Below, piece by piece: positions 19,101 to 33,846 of a DNA stretch of 64,000 nucleotides. The notes under the pieces were generated by a model. The model did no database searches, was not told where the DNA came from, and saw nothing but the letters and a program-made list of their open reading frames with translations. This DNA comes from Veleropilina oligotropha (lineage: Eukaryota), in the NCBI GenBank assembly GCA_048128005.1, contig JBEUKZ010000080.1:186001-250000 (forward strand). Reading direction: 5' to 3'. Position numbers and translations under genes: made by a program. Numbering within the stretch: position 1 is the stretch's first letter; each line of letters begins with the position of its first letter.

Positions 19101-22100
19101 ATGAGATGTGGTAATATGCGGTAATTAAGCTAAGGCTCGTCTGAGCCTAACGTCTAATATCTATTATATTATAAATACGTCATGTCTGGGAAGTAATTAG
19201 ATCAGTATACTATGAGAGGCTAAATAAATCAACACAAAACTGCATGACATAAAGCAAAAATAAAATGTGACAAAAACTCAGATATCAGCTACAATATTCT
19301 ACATTTTGACGATATTTCCTATAAATGGGTGAAATTTGCATGCAAAATTAATTATTACAAAATTGTCAACGAAGTCAAGTACGATGTATTTAGCACATAT
19401 TAATCCGTAATCTAAGCACTCTCTCTTTGGTCATGACATTGATCATATTCAATAACACAATAAATGTAAAATTAAAACTTTGAATAATTTCAAGTCCCAT
19501 CAACAGACAGAGTTTGTAGTACATAATTGAAATGACAACGAGTCTACAAGTACCACACCGGTATATATGAACCATGTAAATACAAATTATTATTATGACA
19601 GATACAAACAATTGAAGACAAATATACCATACCCCATTATCTGTTGCAGTGCATGTACAATTTCGTAATCAGAAAATTCCAATACCAAACATTTTGGGCA
19701 TTCCTCATCAAACACTTGATATATATAGTTGATGGTTCATGCTGGCAAGCTCATTTATTCCACAAAATTGCCGCTTATTTTCACAGCTTATAGCTGAAGC
19801 AGAGAGCTTGTCAACATTGTTAATCACATGCTGCGATGGGTTGTTAGGTAACAGATCTCGTCCACCTGACTGATTCCAATCTCTCAACAGTTGCACCATA
19901 ATGTAAACTTCAATGATCAGAGATAACACATCATGGCTTCTGAGTGAGTCAAAGAGTCTGCTGGAGAGCAACTAGATGAGTTGTCTTGGATGATATTTAG
20001 CGGAGCTTTGTGTTCAGCATTTTCTCTCCTGTCAGCCGTCAACATGCCTATTAATTGATATTGGCATTAATTCTTGCTATTAATACGCCGCTGCCAGTCA
20101 ATACAGCGCCACAATGAAATAATACCAGAGATTACTGCTGAATGGACAGAAAATGCAAGTGATGCAGTCGAGTGATTGTTCGACGACATGGCCGTTTCCA
20201 TGGCACATCACGTACAAAGCATCATGTTGGCAGAGCGGAGTGAAGGAGCGCACGCGTTTGTTTGGCACTCGACTTCGCTCATTTTCTAATTAGTAAATAG
20301 ATGTAGTAATGGCTTTGAAATGCGCTTCATCGCAGATTCATAAAAGCTCTGAATACTGCTTGCTTGGCTAAAATTATGTTGCAATGGATGCATTAAGAAG
20401 TGGTGTAGTTTCCTATTAGGTAATCGAGGGCGATTCATGCTGTAACATTGCACTCAACAGATCATATTCATAATTAATCCTTCACTTTTTTGTTAAAAAT
20501 CCATATATAGGACAATTGCTATTACCTTGAACATGCACCTGGAAGCAACTCAATGAAAAATGTGACAGAAAGCAAGACAGTTAGATTGGCATAGATATGG
20601 GCAGGGATGAGTATCAACATAATGGTTACACCTGTAACAGTCTACATCATGAATTTCAGCATTTAATCCCAGCTGATTACAATAACACAAAAGTGTATTG
20701 CCACTATATTAGCTTTTTATTTCAAATGACATATTGTTGGATATGGAGGCTACTTTTCATATTTTAATAACTTTCAATTTTCACAGCCATGTAGCCATCC
20801 ATATACATTGATCAGCTTGTAGAGGTCACCAATGCATAATATAACAAATTTACAGATGTATAAAATATATCACTATAAAATCAATCATACAACGTTAACA
20901 AGTGGAGAGATAAAATCAATCATACAACGTTAACAAGTGGAGAGATTCTCAATTAAAATGCTGACAATCACAATGCAAAACAGAGAAACTGATACATAAG
21001 AATGTGTATTTCATTATGTTGAAATGGAGGTAATAACTTAAGCTTTCGGCTGGAGATTTCTAAAAAAGCCTTGTTCAACAGTTTCAGTGTTTTCAACATG
21101 TTGAATCTAAAACAAGTTGTGTTGAACAGTTAAAACTACACTATATCACGGTATATATTGTTGAAGTAAAATTTATGAAATGCATATGCATAAACCGACA
21201 GCAATTCCAAGTGGTACAACATCTAATACTTATAACTGTAATATCTTTCTCCCTAGTGTTAATAATAATGGTAAACTGTCCATACATTCAGCTGGAGAAC
21301 ATGCGAGCCAGGTCATTAGCAAATGACAACTGCAAGCAGTTATTAGCAATAACATGCATACACACAAGAAATATTATTCTGCATACACACCTAAAATATA
21401 TTTAATTTATTTTCAAAGTGGTAAGAGCATTTTACAACTATCGATCAGTCGCACTAGCTGCATACATATGGTTTCAAAAGAGTGTATTTTATTGACGTCA
21501 TCTCGAATCAGGTGAATTTCCCCATATGTACCATATTTAAGGAGATTTCCTAATGTCAAGCCAATAGGTCTCCATAGCCATACGGTCAATTTGACCCACA
21601 AGGAGGATCATTCAAGAAGTGTTGGAAATGAGATCACGACTTAAAATCATGATGCTAACATAAAGTGACATGTATTGATTGTGGTATGAAAACCAGTTTA
21701 ATGAACTTTTTTCGTTGATCATGACTCAATCTTCTCCAATGGGGTTAACACATAGTTAGCAACTTTAAGTTAGCTTACAAAACCAATTAGGCATTACACA
21801 GCAGCAGAACAACCAAAACAATTAGGCATTACACAGCAGCATTAGGCATTACACAGCAGCAGAACAACCAAAACTGGAAGCCAAAGAACAGGACAAAAAT
21901 GCCTTTATGCAAAACATTAACTACAATTAAAAACTTTAAATACAGTAGTGAAATGTTGCTACATTATCAACAAACCTGAATAGTCGTTGAATGTGATCCA
22001 TGTGAATCAGAAATGCTGGTGTAAACATGAGGAATATCAGCAGCATTCAGACATTCCATGCTGCCATACCGTGATGCCCACCACTAATAGAAGGGATGTG

Positions 22101-23086
22101 ACACTGATGGATTAAGTGACAATATTGGATTAAGTGACAATATCATTAATGTAAAGTTCCACGCAGTGATACTGGCAACATAGCACAGCAAACTTACCGT
22201 CTGATTATTCGACAGCAAAAGTCGAAATATCTAATGTAAATAATTCATGGATCAATTCGTAATGAAGTGAGTCGGAGAGAACCACGCTGACCAATCAGGG
22301 CTGGTGAGCCCTCGGAGGATACATAGAGCCAAACTGAAAGATTGGTAAGCCCACGAACCAATTGTCAACTCTTGTCGATTGGCCATTCTGTCAATATTGG
22401 TTCAGCCCATTGACCGCGGAGAACCGAGTACTTCCGACATCAATCAGAGTCCCAAAGAAAACTTCATCAATTAATGAAAGCCCGGCCTGCCAGTCTCGTT
22501 ATCTGTGATTGCTTCTGTGCTTCTATGTTTCAGGGGATTTGTAAAACTAGCTATAACACGATTATTTTCTTGGTTGGTTCTAACAAGGACATTGTATGTA
22601 TATCACAGTAATTGCATTTCTGATTAAACGCTGACCATCGCTTAAGATTAACATCAAATGGAACAAGTGACGCAGCAGCTGACCCACTAATGCTGCCAAA
22701 TATATTTGGCACCATAAACCGCAGAGCCCAAAGAATGCCATGAAGAGAAACAGAATACAAAACATAATGCAACCTTCAAATTTGTATTGGCCCCTAGTGT
22801 CAAGTTTTGATCCTTCTTTAATACATCCTATTATTTAATAAATTATCGACTAATACAGACCAATTGCCTAGAACGAAATGCCAATCCCTGGTCATGATTT
22901 AAGTGCTGGATTTACGTCAGTAGACATATTGGTTCATATCACTTTTCTCTTCAAAATGTATGAACTGATCACGGTGTATTAAAGGGGCTACCACCACCGC
23001 TAGCCATCACCAGGAACAAAAAGAATAACTGACACATCATATAGAGTCTCTTCAAAGCCAAAGGAAGCCATATACATCAGATAAAA

Positions 23087-26000
23087 ATACTGCATAATGA
23101 CAGCGAGTGTAATGTTGCTGGAACTGATACTGCATAATGACAGTGACTGTAATGCTGCTGGAACTGATACTGCATAATGACAGTGAGTGTAATGTTGCTG
23201 GAACTGATACCGCACAATGACAGTGACTGTAATGCTGCTCACAGGAACCGATACTGCACAATGACAGTGACTGTAATGCTACTGGAACCGATACTGCACA
23301 ATGAGTGTAATGCTGCAGGAACCGATACTGCACAATGACAGAGAGTGTAATGTTGCTGGAACTGATACTGCACAATGACAGTGACTGTAATGCTGCAGGA
23401 ACCGATACTGCACAATGACAGTGACTGTAATGCTGCAGGAACCGATACTGCACAATGACAGTGACTGTAATGCTGCAGGAACCGATACTGCACAATGACA
23501 GTGAGTGTAATGTTGCTGGAACCGATACTGCACAATGACAGTGACTGTAATGCTGCAGGAACCGATACTGCACAATGACAGTGACTGTAATGCTGCAGGA
23601 ACCGATACTGCACAATGACAGTGACAGTAATGCTGCAGGAACCGATACTGCACAATGACAGTGACTGTAATGCTGCAGGAACCGATACTGCACAATGACA
23701 GTGACTGTAATGCTGCAGGAACCGATACTGCACAATGACAGAGAGTGTAATGCTGCAGGAACCGATACTGCACAATGACAGTGACGGTAATGCTGCAGGA
23801 ACCGATACTGCACAATGACAGTGACTGTAATGCTGCAGGAACCGATACTGCACAATGACAGTGACAGTAATGCTGCAGGAACCGATACTGCACAATGACA
23901 GTGACTGTAATGTTGCTGGAACCGATACTGCACAATGACAGTGGCTGTAATGCTGCAGGAACCGATACTGCACAATGACAGTGACTGTAATGCTGCAGGA
24001 ACCGATACTGCACAATGACAGTGACTGTAGTGCTGCAGGAACCGATACTGCACCATGACAGTGAGTGTAATGCTGCAGGAACCGATACTGCACAATGACA
24101 ATGAGTGTAATGTTCGTGAAACCGATGCTGCACAATGACAGTGACTGTAATGTTCGTGAAACCGATACTGCACAATGACAGTGAGTGTAATGCTGCAGGA
24201 ACCGATGCTGCACAATGACAGTGAGTGTAATGTTGCTGGAACCGATACTGCATCATGACAGTGACTGTAATGTTGCTGGAACTGATACTGCATAACGACA
24301 GTGAGTGTAATGTTGCTGGAACTGATACTGCATCATGACAGTGACAGTAATGTTGCTGGAACCGATACTGCACAATGACAGTGAATGTAATGCTGCTGGA
24401 ACCGATATTGCACCATGACAGTGACTGTAACGTTGCAGGAAACGATACTGCACAATGACAGTGACTGTAGTGCTGCAGGAACCGATACTGCACAATGACA
24501 GTGACTGTAATGCTGCTGGAACCGATACTGCACAATGACAGAGAGTGTAATGTTCGTGAAACCGATGCTGCACAATGACAGTCACTGTAATGCTGCAGGA
24601 ACCGATACTGCACAATGACAGTGACTGTAATGCTGCTGGAACCGATACTGCACAATGACAGTGACTGTAATGCTGCAGGAACCGATACTGCACAATGACA
24701 GTGACTGTAATGCTGCAGGAACCGATACTGCACAATGACAGTGACTGTAATGCTGCTGGAACCGATACTGCACAATGACAGTGACTGTAATGCTGCAGGA
24801 ACCGATACTGCACAATGACAGTGAGTGTAATGCTGCTTGAACCAATACTGCACAATGACAATGAGTGTAATGCTGCAGGAACCGATACTGCACCATGACA
24901 GTGACAGTAATGCTGTAGGAACCGATACTGCACAATGACAGTGACAGTAATGGTGCTGGAACCGATACTGCACAATGACAGTGACTGTAATGCTGCTGGA
25001 ACCGATACTGCACAATGACAGTGACTGTAACGTTGCTGGAACCGATACTGCACAATGACAGTGACTGTAATGCTGCTGGAACCGATACTGCACAATGACA
25101 GTGACAGTAATGCTGCAGGAACCGATACTGCACAATGACAGTGACAGTAATGCTGTAGGAACCGATACTGCACAATGACAGTGACAGTAATGCTGCAGGA
25201 ACCGATACTGCACAATGACAGTGACAGTAATGCTGCAGGAACCGATACTGCACAATGACAGTGACTGTAATGCTGCAGGAACCGATACTGCACAATGACA
25301 GTGACAGTAATGCTGCTGGAACCGATACTGCACAATGACAGTGACAGTAATGCTGCGGAACCGATACTGCACAATGACAGTGACAGTAATGCTGCAGGAA
25401 CCGATACTGCACAATGACAGTGACAGTAATGCTGCAGGAACCGATACTGCACAATGACAGTGACTGTAATGCTGCAGGAACCGATACTGCACAATGACAG
25501 TGACTGTAATGCTGCAGGAACCGATACTGCACAATGACAGAGAGTGTAATGTTGCTGGATCCGATACTGCACAATGACAGTGACAGTAATGCTGCAGGAA
25601 CCGATACTGCACAATGACAGTGACAGTAATGCTGCAGGAACCGATACTGCACAATGACAGTGACTGTAATGCTGCAGGAACCGATACTGCACAATGACAG
25701 TGACTGTAATGCTGCAGGAACCGATACTGCACAATGACAGAGAGTGTAATGCTGCTGGAACTGATACTGCACAATGACAGTGACTGTAATGTTGCTGGAA
25801 CTGATACTGCACCATGACAGTGACTGTAATGTTGCTGGAACCGATACTGCACAATGACAGTGACAGTAATGCTGCAGGAACCGATACTGCCCAATGACAG
25901 TGACAGTAATGCTGCAGGAACCGATACTGCACAATGACAGAGTGTAATGTTGCTGGAACTGATACTGCACAATGACAGTGACTGTAATGTTGCTGGAACT

Positions 26001-29000
26001 GATACTGCACCATGACAGTGACTGTAATGTTGCTGGAACCGATACTGCACAATGACAATGACAGTAATGCTGCAGGAACCGATACTGCACAATGACAGTG
26101 ACTGTAATGCTGCAGGAACCGATACTGCACAATGACAGTGACTGTAGTGCTGCAGGAACCGATACTGCACAATGACAGAGAGTGTAATGTTGCTGGAACT
26201 GATACTGCACAATGACAGTGACTGTAATGTTGCTGGAACTGATACTGCACCATGACAGTGACTGTAATGTTGCTGGAACCGATACTGCACAATGACAGTG
26301 ACTGTAATGCTGCAGGAACCGATACTGCACAATGACAGTGACAGTAATGCTGCAGGAACCGATACTGCACAATGACAGTGACTGTAATGTTGCTGGAACC
26401 GATACTGCACAATGACAGTGACTGTAATGCCGCTGGAACCGATACTGCACAATGACAGTGGGTGTAATGTTGCTGGAACCGATACCGCACAATGACAGCG
26501 AGTGTAATGTTGCTGGAACCGAGACTGCACCATGACAGCGAGTGTAATGTTGCTGGAACCGACACTGCACAATGACAGAGAGTTTGAAGTTGCTGGAACT
26601 GATACTGCACAATGACAATGAGTGTAATGTTGCTGGAATCGATACTGCACAATGACAGAGAGTGTAATGTTGCTGGAACTGATACTGCACAATGCCAATG
26701 AGTGTAATGTTGCTGGAACCGATACTGCATCATGACAGTGACTGTAATGTTGCTGGAACTGATACTGCACAATGACAGTGACTGTAATGCTGCAGGAACT
26801 GATACTGCACAATGACAGAGAGTGTAATGTTGCTGGAACTGATACTGCACAATGCCAATGAGTGTAATGTTGCTGGAACCGATACTGCATCATGACAGTG
26901 ACTGTAATGTTGCTGGAACTGATACTGCATAATGAGAGTGACTGTAATGCTGCTGGAACCGATACTGCACAATGACAGTGACTGTAATGTTGCTGGAACC
27001 GATACTGCATCATGACAGTGACTGTAATGTTGCTGGAACTGATACTGCATAATGACAGTGACTGTAATGCTGCTGGAACCGATACTGCACAATGACAGAG
27101 AGTGTAATGTTGCTGGAACTGATACTGCATCATGACAGTGACTGTAATGTTGCTGGAACTGATACTGCATAATGACAGTGAGTGTAATGTTACTGGAACT
27201 GATACTGCATCATGACAGTGACAGTAATGTTGCTGGAACCGATACTGCACAATGACAGAGAGTGTAAAGCTGCAGGAACCGATACTGCACAATGACAGTG
27301 ACAGTAATGCTGCAGGAACCGATACTGCACAATGACAGAGAGTGTAATGTTGCAGGAACCGATACTGCACAATGACAGTGACTGTAATGCTGCAGGAACC
27401 GATACTGCACAATGGCAGTGAGTGTAATGCTGCAGGAACCAATACTGTGCACACAATGACAGTGACTGTAATGCTGCAGGAACCGATACTGCACAATGAC
27501 AGTGACTGTAATGCTGCAGGAACCGATACTGCACAATGACAGTGACTGTAATGCTGCAGGAACTGATACTGCACAATGACAGTGAGTGTAATGCTGCAGG
27601 AACTGATACTGCACAATGACAGAGTGTGTAATGCTGCTGGAACTGATACTGCACAATGACAGAGAGTGTAATGTTGCTGGAACCGATACTGCGCAATGGC
27701 AATGAGTGTAATGCTGCAGGAACCGATACTGCACAATGACAGTGACTGTAATGCTGCTGGAACCGATACTGCACAATGACAGTGACTGTAATGTTGTGGG
27801 AACCGATACTGCACCATGACAGTGACTGTAATGCTGCAGGAACTGATACTGCACAATGACAGTGACTGCAATGCTGCAGGAACCGATACTGCACAATGAC
27901 AGTGACTGTAATGCTGCAGGAACCGATACTGCACAATGATGGTAATGCTGCAGGAACTGATACTTCACAATGACAGAAAGTGTAATGTTGCTGGAACCGA
28001 TACTGCAAAATGACATGCAGTAACTGTAATGCTGCAGGAACTGATACTGCACAATGACAGAGAGTGTAATGTTGCTGGAACCGATACTGCAAAATGACAT
28101 GCAGTAACTGTAATGCTGCAGGAACCGATACTGCACCATGAGAGTGACTGTAATGCTGGTCACAGGAACGATACTGCATAACGACAGTGAGTGTAATGCT
28201 GCTGGAACTGGTACTGCATCATGACAGTGACTGTAATGTTGCTGGAACTGATACTGCATAATGACAGTGAGTGTAATGTTGCTGGAACTGATACTGCATC
28301 ATGACAGTGACTGTAATGTTGCTGGAACCGATACTGCACAATGACAGTGACTGTAATGTTGCAGGAACCGATACTGCACAGTGACAGTGACTGCAATGCT
28401 GCTGGAACCGATACTGCACAATGACAGTGACTGTAATGTTGCTGGAACCGATACTGTACAATGACAGTGACTGTAATGCCGCTGGAACCGATACTGCACC
28501 ATGAGAGTGAGTGTAATGTTGCTGGAACCGAAACTGCACAATGACAGTGAGTGTAATGTTGCTGGAACCGATACTGCAATGACAGTGAGTGTACTGTTTC
28601 TGGAACCGATACTGCACAATGACAGTGACTGTAATGTTGCTGGATCCGATACTGCACAATGACAGAGAGTGTAATGTTGCTGGAACTGATACTGCACAAT
28701 GACAGCGAGTGTAATGTTGCCGGACATCCGATACTGCACCATGACAGTGAGTGTAATGTTGCTGGAACTGATACTACACAATGACAGTGAGTGTAATGCT
28801 GCTGGAACTGATACTGCCCAATGACAGAGAGTGTAATGTTGCTGGAACCGATACTGCACAATGACAGAGTGTGTAATGCTGCTGGAACCGATACTGCACA
28901 ATGACAGTGACTGTAATGCTGCTGGATCCGATACTGCACAATGGCAGAGTGTAATATTTTCTGGAACCGGTACTGCTCATCGACAGTGAGTGTAATGTTG

Positions 29001-30120
29001 CTGGAACTAATACAGCACAATGAGAGTGAGTGTAATGTTTCTGGAACTGATACTGCACAATGACAGAGAGTGTAATGTTGCTGGAACTGATACAGCACAA
29101 TGAGAGTGAGTGTAATGCTGCTGGATCCGATACTGCACAATGACAGAGAGTGTAATGTTGCTGGAACTGATACTGCACAATGACAGTGAGTGTAATATTT
29201 TCTGGAACCGGTACTGCTCATTGACAATGAGTGTAATGTTGCTGGAACTGATACAGCACAATGACAGTGAGTGTAATGTTGCCGGAACCGATACTGCACC
29301 ATGACAGAAAGTGTAATATTGCTGGAACTGATACTGCACAATGACAGAGAGTGTAATGTTGCTGGAACCGATACTGCACAATGACAGAGAGTGTAATGTT
29401 GCTGGAACTGATCAATGAGTGTTATGTTGCTGGAACTGATACTGCTCAATGGCAGTGAGTGTAATGCTGCTGGAACCGATACTGCACAATGAGAGAGAGT
29501 GTAATGCTGCTGGAACCGATACTGCACAATGACAGAGAGTGTAATGTTGCAGGAACTGATCAATGAGTGTAATATTGCTGGAACTGATCAATGAGTGTAA
29601 TGTTGCTGGAACCGATACTGCACCGTGACAATGAGTGTAATGTTGCTGGAACCGATACTGCACAATGACAGTGAGTGTAATGTTGCTGGAACCGATACTG
29701 CACCGTGACAATGAGTGTAATGTTGCTGGAACCGATACTGCACAATGACAGTGAGTGTAATGTTGCTGGAACCGATATTGCACCATGAAAATGAGTGTAA
29801 TGTTGCTGGAACCGATACTGCAAAATGACAGTAAGTGTAATGTTGTTGGAACTGATACTGCACAATGACAGAGAGTGTAATGCCGCTGGAACCGATACTA
29901 TCAATGACAGATAGTGTAATGTTGCTGGAACTGATACTGCACAATGACAGAGAGTGCAATGTTGCTGGAACCGATACTACACAATGACAGCGAGTGTAAT
30001 GTTGCTGGAACTGATACTGCCCAATGACAGTGAGTGTAATGTTGCAGGAACCGATACTGCACAATGGCAGTGACTGTAAAGTTGCTGGAACCGATACTGC
30101 ACAATGATAGTGAGTGTAAT
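23087..30120. repeat. 40-bp minisatellite, ~175 copies
   Basis: Unit accgatactgcacaatgacagtgactgtaatgctgcagga with variants; more diverged toward 28000-30120. Confidence 0.98.
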
Positions 30121-30169
30121 CCAGCAGTATCCCTTACATATCAACAATTACCTCCTTTGCTCTATTGCA

Positions 30170-30670
30170 CTCTAGGGAGTCGATGTCCCCCACTCCAGAC
30201 AGCGAGTGAAATGAGCTTCACCCTTGTTACACTCACACCCGTCTGTCTACACTGTACGGATCTAGCTTGAGACTAGTATCCCCCTAATTTACAGTTTTTC
30301 TATTCCTTTAGTCTCGGGATAGATCCGAACGACATCGAGCACAAGCCATCTCCAGTATCCCCATGTAAAGTATTATACCGCAACTCCGTACCGTGACGCC
30401 ACAATACATCCACACAGTTACGTCACGTAGGACTCCGCCACTCAACTGCGAGCATCAATTTCAATGCCACTTTTGATCCTACAGTCCCCAACACTGTATA
30501 TTTTGATCATGCATTCCCATAAGCCATCACACCACGCCCGGCTATTACGTGATGAAGACTACTAGCTGAGTAGTCGAAACGTCAAACAGCGCTTCACTAT
30601 CCTGTTCCAAAGTAAGTTAAAAATCTTTTCACTATGTCATCACTTGGAACCAATAACAATATCTTCTCAA
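30170..30670 (+). mobile_element. Probable Penelope-like element terminal (pLTR) fragment
   Basis: GC-richer segment carrying the minimal hammerhead typical of Penelope-like elements; no ORF recognised and boundaries approximate. Confidence 0.45.
30541..30590 (+). ncRNA. Degenerate type I minimal hammerhead ribozyme (Penelope-type)
   Basis: (g)TGATGA-A, 7-bp stem II gactact/agtagtc, GAAA, minimal palindromic stem III ACGT, GTC cleavage triplet (after 30583), residual stem I gctatt/aacagc. C3 is replaced by G. Confidence 0.7.
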
Positions 30671-30934
30671 TTGGCCCTAATAGTTTTAGTATGTTATCGA
30701 CAAGGTACTGCTCTGTATATAAACATGAAATTTAAAAATGTTGCAATTAGTTTGATGTTGAGCATTTTTTTCACCTAATTTGACTGGACTACATGTACGC
30801 ATGTCAGGAAATAGTATGGGCGTCATGGCTACTAAATATTCATAAGGTCTAATGTATATTGATTTTCGGGTCGTTGTGTACCTGATTCGCTGCCAAAGAG
30901 TTAAATACTAAAGTAAATATAAGGATTGAACTGC

Positions 30935-31060
30935 AGTTTGATTGCGTTTATGCTGGTATGAACGCCTGCAGCAATTACATATTCTATATGGAGCGCTAAT
31001 GCGCTCCCTAGAAGATGTAATTGCTTGTTGCATTCATATCAGCATAAACGCAACCAAACT
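30935..31060. repeat. ~126-bp imperfect palindrome (MITE-like)
   Basis: agtttgattgcgtttatgctggtatgaa...gcaattacat...ggagcgc-taat-gcgctcc...atgtaattgc...ttcatatcagcataaacgcaaccaaact. Confidence 0.8.
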
Positions 31061-32290
31061 CCCTATATAGGCTATAACAACATCATAATGCTGTGATAAT
31101 ATACAAAAGGAACAATAAGATTATGACAATAAAATAGTTGTGTATAAACTACAGTGATTTTTACAATACCCACTTACATTAATTAGTTCATTGTAATGTT
31201 ATCATTGTAGCCTATATAATATATGTAGGCTATTGACCTTGATTACTTTATGACCATAAATTTTATATTTGACAATTTAAGTGTTTAAAATTCCAGGTGG
31301 TCCATTGGACTAGTGTTTTATATTTGTATTTCTATCCTTGGCTTGATCATTTGTACAACATAGAACGAAGTAAACCAATCAATGAGTAGCTCAGTACTTG
31401 GTATACTGTGCATGAAGGTATCGGTGCCATGTAAAGGCGATGTCGTTGTTGATCTGATGTCGCAGGTGAGCATTCAGCCCGCGTACTGTTTAGCTGGAAC
31501 GCACTTTAGATTGCATGAATTTATTTTCCATGAGAAACTGTAAGCGTTCAGTTCTAACTCGCACAATGGATGCTGAATGTTGAAGGTGTGACTTAGAATT
31601 TGTTCCAGTGTCTTCGGTGGACTTTATTCACTTTGCTGCATGGCTTAGGTCTGGCTATGTCTTATTTCTTATATATATACTGTATATATCTTATTTCTGA
31701 GTCGTACTGTTATAGTTTTCTTATATGAAATTGTGATGCTGGTAAATTGCTAGTTCTTCTTTTTGGATCTTTATTTGCACAGAGATTGGTATACTCTTTG
31801 ATGATAATCTTGAAGGTTTCAATGTCACAGTTGAAATGAGTTATATCAACCAAATTGAAGCCAAGTGCGTAAAATAAGATCATCATTATGAAATAACACT
31901 CAGGAATCATTAAATAAATTTTTGATTAAAATAAGCACTTCAAAACAAAAAAAATTACAATTACAAGTAAAATTGTATGATCCAAGAAATGTTTATCTAT
32001 GCAGTGACAGTGTGTTTGAAAATAGCTAACATCAAAGGTAATAAATGACTATGCACTGCTGTGATGTGCGTAATTCTTTCATCAGACATTATAAATATTT
32101 TATGGTTTCCTAATCCAATATGACATCTATTAAAAAGTCTGTATTCTTTTTAACGAAAGCAACAAGCATAATAAACTAGCACTTTGAAATTTTAAATATT
32201 AAATGAAAGTTACAATTCCAATGAAAGCTGAGTAAGAAGAAATATTTAATATTCTTTTATAAAACCTCATTACTGTTTTCAGGAAGTGGC

Positions 32291-33209
32291 AGTGACTTCC
32301 CTGACAGCTGTCACTTCTCTTGTGACTTCCAGCTGTCACTTCTCTTGTGACTTCACTGACAGCTGTCACTTCTCTTGTGACTTCTCTGACAGCTGTCACT
32401 TCTCTTGTGACTTCTCTGACAGCTGTCACTTCTCTTGTGACTTCCCCGACAGCTGTCACTTCTCTTGTGACTTCCCCGACAGCTGTCACTTCTCTTGTGA
32501 CTTCCCTGACAGCTGTCACTTCTCTTGTGACTTCCCTGACAGCTGTCAGTTCTCTTGTGACTTCCCTGACAGCTGTAACTTCTCTTGTGACTTGCCTGAC
32601 ACCTGTCACTTCTCTTGTGACTTCTCTGACAGCTGTCACTTCTCTTGTGACTTCCCCGACAGCTGTCACTTCTCTTGTGACTTCCCCGACAGCTGTCACT
32701 TCTCTTGTGACTTCCCTGACAGCTGTCACTTCTCTTGTGACTTCCCTGACAGCTGTCACTTCTCTTGTGACTTTCCTGACAGCTGTAACTTCTCTTGTGA
32801 CTTGCCTGACACCTGTCACTTCTCTTGTGACTTGCCTGACAGCTGTCACTTCTCTTGTGACTTCCCTGACAGCTGCCACTTCTCTTGTGACTTCCCTGAC
32901 AGCTGTCACTTCTCTTGTGACTTCCCTGACAGCTGTAACTTCTCTTGTGACTTGCCTGACAGCTGTCACTTCTCTTGTGACATCCCTGACAGCTGTCACT
33001 TCTCTTGTGACTTGCCTGACAGCTGTCACTTCTCTTGTGACTTCCCTGACAGCTGTCATTTCTCTTGTGACTTGCCTGACAGCTCCACTTCTCTTGTGAC
33101 TTCCCTGACAGCTGTCACTTCTCTTGTGACTTCCCTGACAGCTGTCACTTCTCTTGTGACTTGCAGCTGTCACTTATCTTGTGACTTCTCTGACAGCTGT
33201 CACTTCTCT
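32291..33209. repeat. 30-bp minisatellite, ~30 copies, built around the palindrome TGACAGCTGTCA
   Basis: Unit gtgacttccctgacagctgtcacttctctt. Confidence 0.97.
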
Positions 33210-33846
33210 TGAAAAATTATATGTGTCTGGGTTCACTCAGTCCATGCATATCATTATGTGTATGCCCGGTGGATCCGTATATGATTGGCTGCAACAGACC
33301 TTGTCAGTATGTTAGTCACCTAAATAGAGTATTCCTGGTTATGCTATGGTTTAAATCTTCGGCTCGGAGACTTGTTGAGTTAATGGGACGTTAATTTTAC
33401 TACCAACACTATTCTTCTGATTCTGCATACTAAGGTCTTAATTAAACTATTTTCTTGGTAGCTGGACTGAAGATGATGAGATTACATGGATCATATACTG
33501 TTAATTTCTAAGCAAGTAATCGATCAGTTATTCAAAAATTATCACTGCTGAGATCTATTTAATTCCAACCTAAGTTTATTGTACATGGCAAATTTGTCAC
33601 TAATGCATTTGTAATGTATTCTAATGCTGTGAAGTGGCATAATAAATTCAAATTATTTCCTACCTGTTACCGATATAAGGGCTGCTTGTCTTTTATCTGT
33701 CGCTATATATATATGTTCTACCAACCATATGCACGTCCATGTAGCAATCAACAAACATTATCAAATATATAACCTCATCATGTCCCCAGTTTATGGTCAT
33801 CGCTACTATGATAATTAAGCCAATAATGTCATGCCTTCTATGAGTC

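Noticed and set aside
20875..21875. Small direct duplications (35 bp at ~20875-20946; 20-34 bp at ~21785-21873)
   Set aside because: Ordinary slippage duplications with no further structure.
22198..22550. Minus-strand coding exon bounded by tatag| and |gtaagt
   Set aside because: Stops occur in all three frames; it may be a UTR or regulatory sequence but is unsupported.
23000..30104. Long minus-strand ORFs (up to 1551 aa) as real genes
   Set aside because: They are translations of a 40-bp minisatellite in all three frames, with frame-breaking indels tolerated and no non-repetitive domain.
32199..33212. 250-324 aa ORFs on both strands (VTREVTAVRE / SCDFPDSCHF)
   Set aside because: By-products of a 30-bp tandem repeat; no unique coding flanks.
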